A stretch of 64,000 nt of DNA from Patescibacteria group bacterium. Lineage in GTDB: Bacteria; Patescibacteriota; Patescibacteriia; Buchananbacterales; UBA6539. The notes beneath the pieces were generated by a model. It saw nothing but the letters and a program-made list of their open reading frames with translations. It was not told where the DNA came from and did no database searches. The translations under genes and the position numbers were made by a program. The DNA lies in assembly GCA_028688055.1 (NCBI GenBank), contig JAQTYZ010000001.1, positions 178,910-242,909 of the forward strand. Reading direction: 5' to 3'. Below, piece after piece: positions 54,021 to 63,845 of the stretch (positions within the stretch are counted from its first letter, which is position 1; each line of letters opens with the position of its first letter).

Positions 54021-54883
54021 AACCAGTTGGATTAAAAACTAAAATTTTTTTAGATAGTGGCGATTCGGTCGAAACCGCTGAAATTTTAGGTAAGTTAGGC
54101 TTCCTGGATGGTCAAACTACTAACCCCAGTTTAATTGCGAAAAGTCCCGAATCGTTGCAGCGACTTAAGTCAGGTGATAAATTTACCGCCCCGGAGGTGA
54201 CGGATTTTTATCAAACCGTTATCCAAAAAGTCGCCACGATTATTCCTCAAGGGTCTATTTCAATTGAAGTTTATGCTGACGAGCATACTAGCGCCGAAGC
54301 GATGATTGAGCAAGCAAAAAGTTTTTCGACCTGGACGCCGCGAGCGCAAATTAAGTTTCCGATTACCACGGCTGGCTTGCAGGCCGCGGCGGCGGCGGTA
54401 GCAATGGGTCTGAGCGTAAATATGACGTTGTGCTTTACACAGCAACAAGCAGCGGCAGTCTATGCGGCAACAGCTGGTGCGGTTAAAGGTCAGGTTTATC
54501 TTTCGCCATTTGTTGGCCGACTTGATGATTCAGGTCAAAATGGTATTGACTTGATCAAAAATATTATTCAAATGTATTCAGCGGGCGACGGCCACGTTGA
54601 GGTTTTGGCAGCTAGTGTTAGAACGATGGATCACTTTTTTAGTTCAATAAAGTTAGGTGCTGATATTATTACGGCCCCGTCCAAAATTTTAAATGAGTGG
54701 TCAGTCGGTGGGCTCAATTTACCGCCCCAAGATTTTGTTTATCATACTGGTAATTTACAACCCTTGGCCTATGAACAGCTTTCACTGACTAACCCTTGGC
54801 AAGAATATGATTTAAATCATCCGCTAACGGCCAAAGGTTTAGCTAAATTTGCTGAGGACTGGAATTCTATTATTAAAAAATAA
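54017..54883 (+). CDS. tal: Transaldolase family protein
   Basis: IFLDSGDSVETAEI ... DGQTTNPSLI. Confidence 0.75.
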   Translation: MKPVGLKTKIFLDSGDSVETAEILGKLGFLDGQTTNPSLIAKSPESLQRLKSGDKFTAPEVTDFYQTVIQKVATIIPQGSISIEVYADEHTSAEAMIEQAKSFSTWTPRAQIKFPITTAGLQAAAAAVAMGLSVNMTLCFTQQQAAAVYAATAGAVKGQVYLSPFVGRLDDSGQNGIDLIKNIIQMYSAGDGHVEVLAASVRTMDHFFSSIKLGADIITAPSKILNEWSVGGLNLPPQDFVYHTGNLQPLAYEQLSLTNPWQEYDLNHPLTAKGLAKFAEDWNSIIKK

Positions 54884-54921
54884 GCCACTAAAAAAACAGG
54901 CCGGTAACTGGTGCTGTTTTT

Positions 54922-56205
54922 TTATTTAGCGTTTGACAGGTGGATATAAATGTGGATGGTATGTAAACCTTTCATAATTTTTGTGGTCAAGGTTTCTTTT
55001 TCTAATTTTAATATAACATTTAATTGCGTACTCTGATTATTTAATGGAATAGTTTTTGAAGTATAACCAGCCGCGGTAACAGTTAGCGTCTTGTTGTATT
55101 TTGGAATGTAGGGTAATTGGTAATAACCATTTTGGCCAGTGGTGGTTTCGCGGTATTCAGTTTTAACCGACGCATTATTTATTGGTTTACCAAGTTCATC
55201 AACAACCGCCCCGTATAAGCCGCCTGGGGTGTAAAATTGAGTTAGAATTGCCACCGCCGGTAAAGCCGTGCCATCGGATGATGACCAAAGCTCCGTTGAG
55301 CCACCAAGGTTAACCCAATAATTCAAGCCGCTCAACTTGGGAATTTTAGCAATTTGTAGCAAAGTGTCATTTAGCCAATTAGCTTGTTGTAATGGGGTTA
55401 GCTCGCCGTGAATGTCAGGGATGGGCGCTCCGAATTCACCCAGCACGACGTTACCATTTCCATTTTCGGCAAAATTAATTAAATCATTGGTAAGTTGCCC
55501 GCCGGTTTTAATATAATGATCGACTGAAACCACGCCGCCTAAATCACGAGTCGTGTTTTTGTCCATAATTAAATTAGCGACATCGCCATTCATCGAAAAA
55601 TAGCCAACTTTAGTTTTCTTTTTTAGCTGAGTAAAAGATTGGTTAGCGGCATTATAGAGGGCTCGCAAAAAATCGCGATGAGCGGCAGCATCATTATTGT
55701 TTCGGGGGTCACCCGGACCGCCATTTTCGCATTCGGGGCAGGGTGTAAAGATATCATTATCTTCAAATAAGTCAGGGTGAACGAGAATGAATTTTTTAGT
55801 TTCAATAATATGTTCCGCCCGTGTAATTTTTGGATAATCAAACCAGCCTTCCCAGCCTGACCAATTGCCTCTAAACCAAACGGCTAGGTGATATTTTCTG
55901 GCCGCGGCCACCCAGCGCTTTAAGATTGGTAAAAACTCTTCATCATAAGGCGTATCAATCGCCACATAGTTGGCGCCAGTTGAGGCAATATCTTTAATTT
56001 GTTGATCAATCTCGGGATTAAATCCGGGGTCGTTTAATTTTTCTCGCGCTAAATCGCGCGATGATTTCATCGTGTCAATGCTTTGGATGGGCCATAATTT
56101 TAAATCGGTCGGCTTTTGAAAAACCGGAATTTGTAGTAAAGGTGTGCTGTAGCCGGCTAGGATTACCATGGCAACCAATAGCAGCATGACATAAAAGTAT
56201 TTCAT
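54922..56205 (-). CDS. Secreted protein: possible glycoside-hydrolase-like catalytic region plus C-terminal carboxypeptidase-regulatory-like beta-sandwich
   Basis: Signal peptide; C-terminal GYYQLPYIPKYNKTLTVTAAGYTSKTIPL (CarbopepD_reg-like). The catalytic family is not resolved. Confidence 0.4.
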   Translation of the reverse strand: MKYFYVMLLLVAMVILAGYSTPLLQIPVFQKPTDLKLWPIQSIDTMKSSRDLAREKLNDPGFNPEIDQQIKDIASTGANYVAIDTPYDEEFLPILKRWVAAARKYHLAVWFRGNWSGWEGWFDYPKITRAEHIIETKKFILVHPDLFEDNDIFTPCPECENGGPGDPRNNNDAAAHRDFLRALYNAANQSFTQLKKKTKVGYFSMNGDVANLIMDKNTTRDLGGVVSVDHYIKTGGQLTNDLINFAENGNGNVVLGEFGAPIPDIHGELTPLQQANWLNDTLLQIAKIPKLSGLNYWVNLGGSTELWSSSDGTALPAVAILTQFYTPGGLYGAVVDELGKPINNASVKTEYRETTTGQNGYYQLPYIPKYNKTLTVTAAGYTSKTIPLNNQSTQLNVILKLEKETLTTKIMKGLHTIHIYIHLSNAK

Positions 56206-56223
56206 ATCCAGATTATCATAGCA

Positions 56224-57855
56224 TTATTTTTGCTTTCCTAAAATCGGTTCGGTATTTAGGTCTTTTAAGTACTCGCCCTTAATTTGATAGATATCAGCAA
56301 ACGGAAAACTTTGCACTAAGTCATAGTGTTTAAAACCCTCGGTGTTTTTAATCAAGCGGTAGGTTTGATCGTCATCGGAATAAGTTCTAAGAACTATCCA
56401 GCGCGCCCAGCGATCTGGATTCGTCGTTGCACTTTCCCAGTAGGCGCCGGTACCTTCGTGAATGAATCGCTTCATTGGTAGCCCGGAAGAGAAAATGATA
56501 GCATCGTGCGAAGCGGCCGAAATCAAGATAAAGCCAGCTTGTCCCGGAACATTTTTTTGTAGCCAGCCAGATACTTCACTCACATTTTTTTGACTTGATC
56601 CGACTCGGGCATCGTCAATCGTTACGGCGTCACCGTTGGCAAATTGAAACAAGGTTACAAATATTAGTAGTCCAACTAATACCGTTCTTATGGCAAGCCA
56701 CTGGTCAATCAGATAACCGATAAAAATTGCAATTGACGGCATCATCATGATGCCATAGCGGACGTTGAATAAAGAGTTACCCGATAAGCCTTGAATATAC
56801 AATACGGAGTGACCTAAATATAAAGCGATCACGTTGAAAATAAACGGAGCGATCAGCGCCGAAGTGGCGATTCTGACCGACGGTTTAAGCTTTTTATCTA
56901 ACCACAAGACAGCGGCCCCAAGTACACCGACTAGCAAAGTAAAAAAGCCAATGTTATAGGCCAAGGCCCACCAATATGTTTTTAACGAAAAACCGAAATT
57001 GCCTTTGGTGGCCAGAACCCCGGCGGACTCAAGCTGATTTTGCTGAGCGTAAGCCGAGTAAGGCCCGAAAGCAAAATATAAGGCGTCTTTGAAAATAAGT
57101 TGATTCCATAATAACCACAAAAAAATTCCAAAGCCACCGAGAGTGCAAAATAAAACAAACATTCCTTCGGCGGTCCGGTAATTTTTTTGTTTCCAAGTTT
57201 GAAAAAATATAATCATGGCGGCGAAAAAAAACAAAAACCAACCGTCATATCTGATTAGCGTTGAAAGCATTATCCAGAAGGCTGAGGAAATCAAATGAAT
57301 AATTTTATTATCTTGGTACCACAGCAATAAATAGTAAGTTCCGGCCGTCATCGTCGCTAACAACAACAGCTCAGTCATGGCTGTTGATTGAAGATATAAA
57401 ACATTAATATTAGCCACAAAAATTCCCACGCCGACGAAGCGACCGAACAAGCCAACGTTTAAACGCCGTAAAAATAGGTATATTAGCAGGCCGGTATAAA
57501 TAAACGCCCCCATTGATAGAATGGCGCCAGACAGGCCCGAATGCCACATAAAATCATTCCAGATCGTCAGCGTCATTAAAATGTGTGTTAAGGGTAGCCA
57601 AACGCTTCCTAATTGAGCAATACCTGGTTTTAAGCCTTCAACTACTCGGCGGCCGATGTCTAAATGGGATCGGGCATCGTTATAAGCTAAGCCCAAGCCG
57701 TTTTTGTAGTAGACAATATAGCTGGCAATTGATATTGCAACCAAAATAAGCGTGACGACAATCGTGCCATATTTATTTAGAAAAGTCGTTGCCCAATTAA
57801 TCAAATTGCGGTTTAGACTTAGCTTTATTTCTTGGTTATTAGAAAAGTCTTTCAT
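56224..57855 (-). CDS. Polytopic membrane protein, GT-C-like glycosyltransferase (ArnT/PMT-like) candidate
   Basis: More than 10 TM helices with a C-terminal soluble domain; early loop YNDARSHLDIGRR. Assignment is by architecture only. Confidence 0.4.
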   Translation of the reverse strand: MKDFSNNQEIKLSLNRNLINWATTFLNKYGTIVVTLILVAISIASYIVYYKNGLGLAYNDARSHLDIGRRVVEGLKPGIAQLGSVWLPLTHILMTLTIWNDFMWHSGLSGAILSMGAFIYTGLLIYLFLRRLNVGLFGRFVGVGIFVANINVLYLQSTAMTELLLLATMTAGTYYLLLWYQDNKIIHLISSAFWIMLSTLIRYDGWFLFFFAAMIIFFQTWKQKNYRTAEGMFVLFCTLGGFGIFLWLLWNQLIFKDALYFAFGPYSAYAQQNQLESAGVLATKGNFGFSLKTYWWALAYNIGFFTLLVGVLGAAVLWLDKKLKPSVRIATSALIAPFIFNVIALYLGHSVLYIQGLSGNSLFNVRYGIMMMPSIAIFIGYLIDQWLAIRTVLVGLLIFVTLFQFANGDAVTIDDARVGSSQKNVSEVSGWLQKNVPGQAGFILISAASHDAIIFSSGLPMKRFIHEGTGAYWESATTNPDRWARWIVLRTYSDDDQTYRLIKNTEGFKHYDLVQSFPFADIYQIKGEYLKDLNTEPILGKQK

Positions 57856-59449
57856 TTTTCTTGTTTTTGGTAAGATAGAGTAAGGCCGTTAAGGTGATTA
57901 TTAAACCCGACACCGACACACTGATCACGTTGTGAAATTTAATGGGCGAAATTTTATCCTTTAAATATGTATTATAAACAAATGATTTAGATCCAGTCGT
58001 GGTTAAGTATTGCCAATTTCGATCATAAGTATATTTTTCTTCATGACCGGTAATTTTTTCCAAACCTAAGACTTCAATTTTGGGCGGGTTTTTACTGGTG
58101 GTGATAGCACCCAACGAATTTATCCAAACTGATTGTGAGGCAAAGTAGAGGAAGACAATTAAAAGTAAATATTGATAGCGCCACTCCGTCAGCATAATTG
58201 CCAGGCCAATCGCTAGGAGGGCGTAGCTTGGTATCAAGTAGCGCGCGCCAAAGGCCCAACCGCCATAGGGGTCGCCCCACATTGCATAAAGTAAAACATT
58301 CATGCCAACAACGGCGACAAGCGTGGTGGCTAACAGTGAGCGTTTTTTAACCAGTAGATATAATCCGGCTAAGCCAAAAAGAATAACCGGCGTAAAATTT
58401 GTAATCCCACGATCTTCACTGATAATGAGTTCATAAAAGCCATTAAGTAAATTTCTGGTTCGAAAAAAACCAATGGCATTTTTTTCCGGTAAATCTTTTT
58501 TGGTCACCGCTTCCAAATCATAGGGCAGGGGAACATTAACCGGCTTGCCACTAGCGTCGATGGCTTTGACGGCTGGTAAAGTTCCCGATAGCTGAAAGGG
58601 ATTACCATATGACGACCAATTGAACCACAAGAAGAAAGCAATCGGTAAAACCATCGCGAGCAATGTTGCTATTTTTATATATTTAACTGACAGGATATAT
58701 TTTTGCTCAGTCTTTTTTAGACTAATAATTTTACCTAAAGAAAATATCCCAATGGGAAATAGTAAAAATAAATTAGGATAATCAATGGGAATAGCGGCCG
58801 CGGTTAAAAACCATACTAAAGCCAGTGACCAAAATTTGTTCGGCCAACGACTGAGCAAATATAGTGAAAGTAATATTAAAAAAACAGATACATGATGTTG
58901 ATACAGGCTAACCGCATAAGCATAGGCCGGCGTAGCAAATAAAAATATCGCAGCCGCAATGGTGGCCGCAATTTTTTTTGCCCCTAAACTAATGGCGATA
59001 GCTCTAACAAGTATGGCGTTAAACAAAGCAAAAAGCGTGATAATAAAAAAGGCACCAACTTGTGATAAATTGAACATTTTTCCGATTTCGTAGCCAGGAA
59101 TAATCAGATACGAAATACCAGGCGCAAATAATGACACAAACTTGTCACCAGCAAGCCCTAAATCAGGGGTGGCAAACTTGGCAATGGGCAAGGAAAAAGA
59201 CATTGATTTGTCTTCCATCACCGAGTACATCAGCGCATAGCGGCCTCGTTCGGGCGATAATTCAAGCGGGCCGTCGTCTTTCCACACCGGACTATTAAGC
59301 GCTAAACTGTCAGGGTTACCAGCCATACCGCGTAAACTAATTGCTAGGATGATTAAACAAAAAACAAAAAATAACGCGGTAAAAAATTTTGAATTAAATT
59401 TAATTTTTTTTATCATTTTAGTATTTTGGTAGTGTGAGCCATTTTCCAA
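57839..59449 (-). CDS. Polytopic membrane protein, GT-C-like glycosyltransferase candidate
   Basis: More than 10 TM helices. The ATG at M12 (59416) is probably the true start and would abut the upstream GT2 stop. Confidence 0.4.
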   Translation of the reverse strand: MENGSHYQNTKMIKKIKFNSKFFTALFFVFCLIILAISLRGMAGNPDSLALNSPVWKDDGPLELSPERGRYALMYSVMEDKSMSFSLPIAKFATPDLGLAGDKFVSLFAPGISYLIIPGYEIGKMFNLSQVGAFFIITLFALFNAILVRAIAISLGAKKIAATIAAAIFLFATPAYAYAVSLYQHHVSVFLILLSLYLLSRWPNKFWSLALVWFLTAAAIPIDYPNLFLLFPIGIFSLGKIISLKKTEQKYILSVKYIKIATLLAMVLPIAFFLWFNWSSYGNPFQLSGTLPAVKAIDASGKPVNVPLPYDLEAVTKKDLPEKNAIGFFRTRNLLNGFYELIISEDRGITNFTPVILFGLAGLYLLVKKRSLLATTLVAVVGMNVLLYAMWGDPYGGWAFGARYLIPSYALLAIGLAIMLTEWRYQYLLLIVFLYFASQSVWINSLGAITTSKNPPKIEVLGLEKITGHEEKYTYDRNWQYLTTTGSKSFVYNTYLKDKISPIKFHNVISVSVSGLIITLTALLYLTKNKKNERLF

Positions 59450-60327
59450 ACAGCGGTCATTTTTTTTTCGGATTTTTTGGCCTTAATTTTACAATAAATA
59501 TTTACCAAGTAGATATAGCCGCAAAGAATTGGATGGCGTAGAAATTGGGCAAGATAGTTTGGTAAACGTACGGCAAAAGGAATATGGTACTCTTGGGCCA
59601 CCAGTTTTTTTGGAAAATATCTGGCCATCCTTAACGGCGCGGCATCAAATCTAGTGTTTTGTTTGAGATGATCCTTTAAATTTTGGGGTGATCTAAAACT
59701 GACCGTGGCCGTAGTTACATAGCGGTATTGAAGTCCCAGCTGGCGACAGTAAAAATAAGTGTAAGCATCATTGGCGATCATATCGGACGGTATTTTGAGT
59801 TGCTTATAAAAACTTTTTTGGTATGCCAAGAGTCGGCCGTCAGCGGAAAAAACATTATTACCACCGCGGACGGTCTGACGGAATAATAAAAAAGCCTCAA
59901 CCGTGCAATTAACGGCCTGCTCCAAAAAAGTAGTGGCGGTTAACGGATGAGGATGACCGCCGCACATCACAACGTTAGGCTCGCTGATAATGGGTGATAT
60001 CAAGTTTGCAACCACAAATGGGTTGTCGAAGATGACATCACAATCTGATTGAACAACAATGTCGCTATCAACCAGCGCATAAAGTTGGTTCAAGCGTGAG
60101 GATTTTCCGATTCGATTTTTAGCTTCAATAAGTTGAATTTTGTCAGACTTAAGCAATTTAATAATGTCACACGTTTTATCGGTTGAGCCATCAGATATAA
60201 TAACAATTTTTTCTAAATCAAAATTTGTCTGTTCTTGCTTTAAAACAGAATTTATAAAATTTAAAATATTATTTTCCTCATTGTAAGCACTGACGGCAAT
60301 GGTTACTGTTGGGATGAATTCGGTCAT
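59413..60327 (-). CDS. Family 2 glycosyltransferase
   Basis: VTIAVSAYNEENNI ... IVIISDGSTDKT ... VQSDCDV (DxD). Confidence 0.75.
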   Translation of the reverse strand: MTEFIPTVTIAVSAYNEENNILNFINSVLKQEQTNFDLEKIVIISDGSTDKTCDIIKLLKSDKIQLIEAKNRIGKSSRLNQLYALVDSDIVVQSDCDVIFDNPFVVANLISPIISEPNVVMCGGHPHPLTATTFLEQAVNCTVEAFLLFRQTVRGGNNVFSADGRLLAYQKSFYKQLKIPSDMIANDAYTYFYCRQLGLQYRYVTTATVSFRSPQNLKDHLKQNTRFDAAPLRMARYFPKKLVAQEYHIPFAVRLPNYLAQFLRHPILCGYIYLVNIYCKIKAKKSEKKMTAVWKMAHTTKILK

Positions 60328-61241
60328 ATTTTTTTTGATGACTTAGCTGGCTCGTAGCTGGTATGATTTTGTTGCTGGTTCAAAAAATAAATTAATCGGC
60401 TATAGAGTGCAATAAATAAATAAGCTATGGTTTGAATTGGAAATTTTATTAAGTAATAGATTATCGAACCCAGCAAATTTTTTAACGGAATTTTGGATTG
60501 TAACTCAACGGTCGTCGGGTCAAATATTAATTTCATCTTTTTTGAGCCATTGATATATCGCAAGCTTTGTTTGAGATGATCAGCCAAATTAGCCGGGGAA
60601 CGAAATAATATTTTGGCGTCATTGGAATAGACAAATTTAAAGCCATTAGTCAGGCAATAGAAAAAAGAATAAGCGTCTTCTGGAAAATCATTGGGCCAAC
60701 TTAGGTTTTTGTACATTGATTTACTAAAGGCTCGGGCGCGTCCATGACACAAATAGACGTTGTTAATATTTGGTAAATTGGTGTACAGATTTTGTTTGAG
60801 GTTATGGCTCGTGGCGATCACCGTTTCAAAAAATTTTGTCCCGGGTTGACTTTCGGTTGCCGCTCCAACGATTCCAACGTTGCTATCTTTTTTGATTGGT
60901 TTAATAATGTTTTCCAAAAAGTCGGTATTTGCTGGCAAAGTGTCGGCATCAAGTAATACTAAAATATCAGTGTCAGCAATCAAACATATTTTATTTTGAG
61001 CCGCCATTAAGCCTTGGCGTTCAATATTCTGAATAATTTCAATTTTTGGGTCATTAAACGAATTAACAATTTCTAGTGTTCGGTCGGTACAGCCATCAAC
61101 GACAACAATAATTTTTTTTAAATCTAAGGCTACCGTCCGTTGACCAAGCAAGTTGCTGATCAATTTGTCGATATTATCTTCTTCGTTGTAGGCGGGAATG
61201 CCGACAGTAACTGATACTTTTTTGGTAAAATTTTCAAGCAT
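60324..61241 (-). CDS. Family 2 glycosyltransferase
   Basis: VTVGIPAYNEEDNI ... IIVVVDGCTDRT ... LLDADT. Confidence 0.75.
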   Translation of the reverse strand: MLENFTKKVSVTVGIPAYNEEDNIDKLISNLLGQRTVALDLKKIIVVVDGCTDRTLEIVNSFNDPKIEIIQNIERQGLMAAQNKICLIADTDILVLLDADTLPANTDFLENIIKPIKKDSNVGIVGAATESQPGTKFFETVIATSHNLKQNLYTNLPNINNVYLCHGRARAFSKSMYKNLSWPNDFPEDAYSFFYCLTNGFKFVYSNDAKILFRSPANLADHLKQSLRYINGSKKMKLIFDPTTVELQSKIPLKNLLGSIIYYLIKFPIQTIAYLFIALYSRLIYFLNQQQNHTSYEPAKSSKKI

Positions 61242-61242
61242 A

Positions 61243-62136
61243 TTATCGTTTAGTTGATATGTCAGTTTCCCAAAATCTTTTAGTGATTTGTTTTTTTCTA
61301 ACGTTACCTATTTTGACGTAGACTGAAACTAGGAAATATAATGTTGCTTTGACGGGTGAGGAAAAAAATATTTTTGTCGCTGCGACGAGGATAAGCCATT
61401 TCGGAATTTGGTATTCTTTTTTAATTTCGCTACCAAAATAATTTAGCAGCTCGTCATAAGAATTGATAAAGCGTCGACTCTGTTTGACGTGTTCTTTTAA
61501 CCTTAAGGGACTCTTGTTATAAACAATTGCTGACTGAAGGCTAATAAATTTACCGCCGATTTTTTTATTGACAAAATAAAGGTAAGCATCTGAATTAATT
61601 ATTACTTCAGGAATTTTATACTGCTTGGCAAAAGGAATCCTAAAAACCAGGCAGCGACCATTAGACATTAAATAATTATCGCCGTCATTCCATTTTAATC
61701 CAACCTGATCGCGGATTTTTACGCCGATTTCAAGAATTTTTTCAAAATAGGTTTGGGCCGGCATTGGCTTGACGTTTGTGCCAATCATCGTTAGGTTTTT
61801 GTTATTTTCCAAGCTCAACATAATTTCACTGATTGTATTCGGCTGAAAAATTATGTCATCTTGTGTTAAAATCAAAATTTCGGTCTCACACAGATTAATG
61901 AGTTGTTTAATCCTAGCCGTCTGCCCGCCGCGCTGGTCGTTAAATATTACTTCAACACCAAGACTGGTAAGCCGTTCTTCAATTTCTGGCTTAAGTGGAT
62001 TGCCGTCGATTGTTACAATTAATCGGAATTGGCCGACATTTTTTGAAGCTAAAATGCTTTCGACGGTTTTGATTATCGCCGGGGCGCCATAGTAGGTGGG
62101 TAGGCCAACAGTAAAATTGTTTAGCAAGTGATTCAT
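61243..62136 (-). CDS. Family 2 glycosyltransferase-like (divergent)
   Basis: FTVGLPTYYGAPAI ... LIVTIDGNP ... LTQDDII pattern parallel to the neighbouring GT2 genes. Confidence 0.55.
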   Translation of the reverse strand: MNHLLNNFTVGLPTYYGAPAIIKTVESILASKNVGQFRLIVTIDGNPLKPEIEERLTSLGVEVIFNDQRGGQTARIKQLINLCETEILILTQDDIIFQPNTISEIMLSLENNKNLTMIGTNVKPMPAQTYFEKILEIGVKIRDQVGLKWNDGDNYLMSNGRCLVFRIPFAKQYKIPEVIINSDAYLYFVNKKIGGKFISLQSAIVYNKSPLRLKEHVKQSRRFINSYDELLNYFGSEIKKEYQIPKWLILVAATKIFFSSPVKATLYFLVSVYVKIGNVRKKQITKRFWETDISTKR

Positions 62137-62137
62137 A

Positions 62138-62917
62138 TTATATTTTATTTAAACTTTTTATTCTTAGATAAAATTGAGCTTGAGGGTAAAACATTAATTT
62201 AAATTTCCACATTGAATGGGTGCGGTCAATTGAAATCCTAGGTATTTTTAATAAATCACAATTATCCGGGATTAGCTTATGGTCGACAGTAAAAGCCGCT
62301 TGAAAGCGTGCCTTTTTACATTCATCAATCACATCCTGGTTATATAAGCCCTTCGGATAAGCAAAAAAATTAACTTCATTTTTTAAAACATTTGATATCA
62401 TTTTTTTTGCAACGGCAATCTCATTCTTTAAATCTTTTTTAGAAATTTTTATCAAATTTTGGTGAGTCAATGTGTGACAGCCAATTTCCCAACCCAGGTC
62501 GGTAAATTTTTTTAAATATTTTGGAGTCAACAATTTTTTATTATTTTCTAATTCACTTCGGTTGGCTTGTTTTGGTTCAGCAATAAAAAAGATGGTCGCC
62601 GGCGCATTATATTTTTTTAAAATTGGCAAAGCATTAGTCAACAAGTCAGAATAGCCATCGTCAAATGTTATGGCAATGCTGGGATTTTCTGGTGATCTGT
62701 TTCCCGAGATATAATCGACGGCTTCGCTTAAACCGATAAAATCGTATTTTTTGCTTAAGTATTCTATTTGTTTTTTAAATTCGTCAATTTTAACATCAAT
62801 AATTGTGTCATCATTAGAAATTGAATGGTAACAAAGTATATAAACTTTTTTTGGCTTAGACAGTAATCCACTGACTGCGTTGCTAAATGCAAATTGTAAG
62901 CTATTTAATAATTTCAT
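62138..62917 (-). CDS. Polysaccharide deacetylase (NodB homology domain)
   Basis: ITFDDGYSD and HTLTHQNL motifs. Confidence 0.75.
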   Translation of the reverse strand: MKLLNSLQFAFSNAVSGLLSKPKKVYILCYHSISNDDTIIDVKIDEFKKQIEYLSKKYDFIGLSEAVDYISGNRSPENPSIAITFDDGYSDLLTNALPILKKYNAPATIFFIAEPKQANRSELENNKKLLTPKYLKKFTDLGWEIGCHTLTHQNLIKISKKDLKNEIAVAKKMISNVLKNEVNFFAYPKGLYNQDVIDECKKARFQAAFTVDHKLIPDNCDLLKIPRISIDRTHSMWKFKLMFYPQAQFYLRIKSLNKI

Positions 62918-62924
62918 TTTTTTA

Positions 62925-63845
62925 TTAAACTATTTTTTTTGTCGATTTGATCATAGTCCATAAACCATTTTTTGGTATTGCTTCTTGATTTGGCAAAAAT
63001 CTCAGAATAATTTGCAGCATAATAGCTCCGCTGGTTATTATTGGGCTAGTTAGCAAGCGTTTTATAATGGCGATGTATTTAATCTTTCTTGGAATATAAT
63101 AATGGTGATCGATATTTTCTGAAAACATCAGCTCAATTTGTTTTTTTTCGTTAAGTGATCTTGATGCTTGCCTAAAAAAATCTTTCAGGTTACTAGGGGA
63201 TCGGTATTTTACGATGGCATTTTTTGCGACCCAAAATTGTCCACCAGAGGTAACACATGAGAGGTAGAGATATTGCTGATCAGCCACGGTACCGGCTGGA
63301 ATTTTGTAGCTATTGAGGAAACTTTTTCTAATGGCAGTTATACAGCCTGAAGAGTTGTAAATATTTCTTCCATCAAGATAGTTGAGCCTGACTTCCTGCC
63401 ACAGTAGGTCGGAACCATTTGTCAGTTTTTCGATAAACGTTTTACCTGGTAAAGGAATATTATTTCCTGATATGACAGTAATGTTATTATTGGTAGTAAA
63501 TGGGTAAACCATATTGTCAACCACATTATCATCAAATAAAACGATGTCCGCATCAAACTGTAACGAAATATTACTATCACATAGTGAATAAAGTTTGTTT
63601 AATTGATAGGCTTTTCCTTTGCGCTCATTAGTCACTTCAAGACTTATTTTGGAATTCTGGTGGGACATTCTAACTACAATTTCATTAGTTTTGTCAGAAC
63701 TACCATCGCTCAGGACAATAATTTTTTTTATTTCACAAAAAGTTTCCTTTTGAGTGAGGATTGATTTCAATACTTGTTCAATATTAGCTTCTTCGTTATA
63801 AGCCGGAATACCAATTGTGACACTTAATTTTTTATTCATATCCAA
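62925..63845 (-). CDS. Family 2 glycosyltransferase
   Basis: LSVTIGIPAYNEEANI ... IIVLSDGSSDKT ... FDADIV. ATG at 63839 is the likely start (track uses TTG at 63845). Confidence 0.75.
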   Translation of the reverse strand: MDMNKKLSVTIGIPAYNEEANIEQVLKSILTQKETFCEIKKIIVLSDGSSDKTNEIVVRMSHQNSKISLEVTNERKGKAYQLNKLYSLCDSNISLQFDADIVLFDDNVVDNMVYPFTTNNNITVISGNNIPLPGKTFIEKLTNGSDLLWQEVRLNYLDGRNIYNSSGCITAIRKSFLNSYKIPAGTVADQQYLYLSCVTSGGQFWVAKNAIVKYRSPSNLKDFFRQASRSLNEKKQIELMFSENIDHHYYIPRKIKYIAIIKRLLTSPIITSGAIMLQIILRFLPNQEAIPKNGLWTMIKSTKKIV

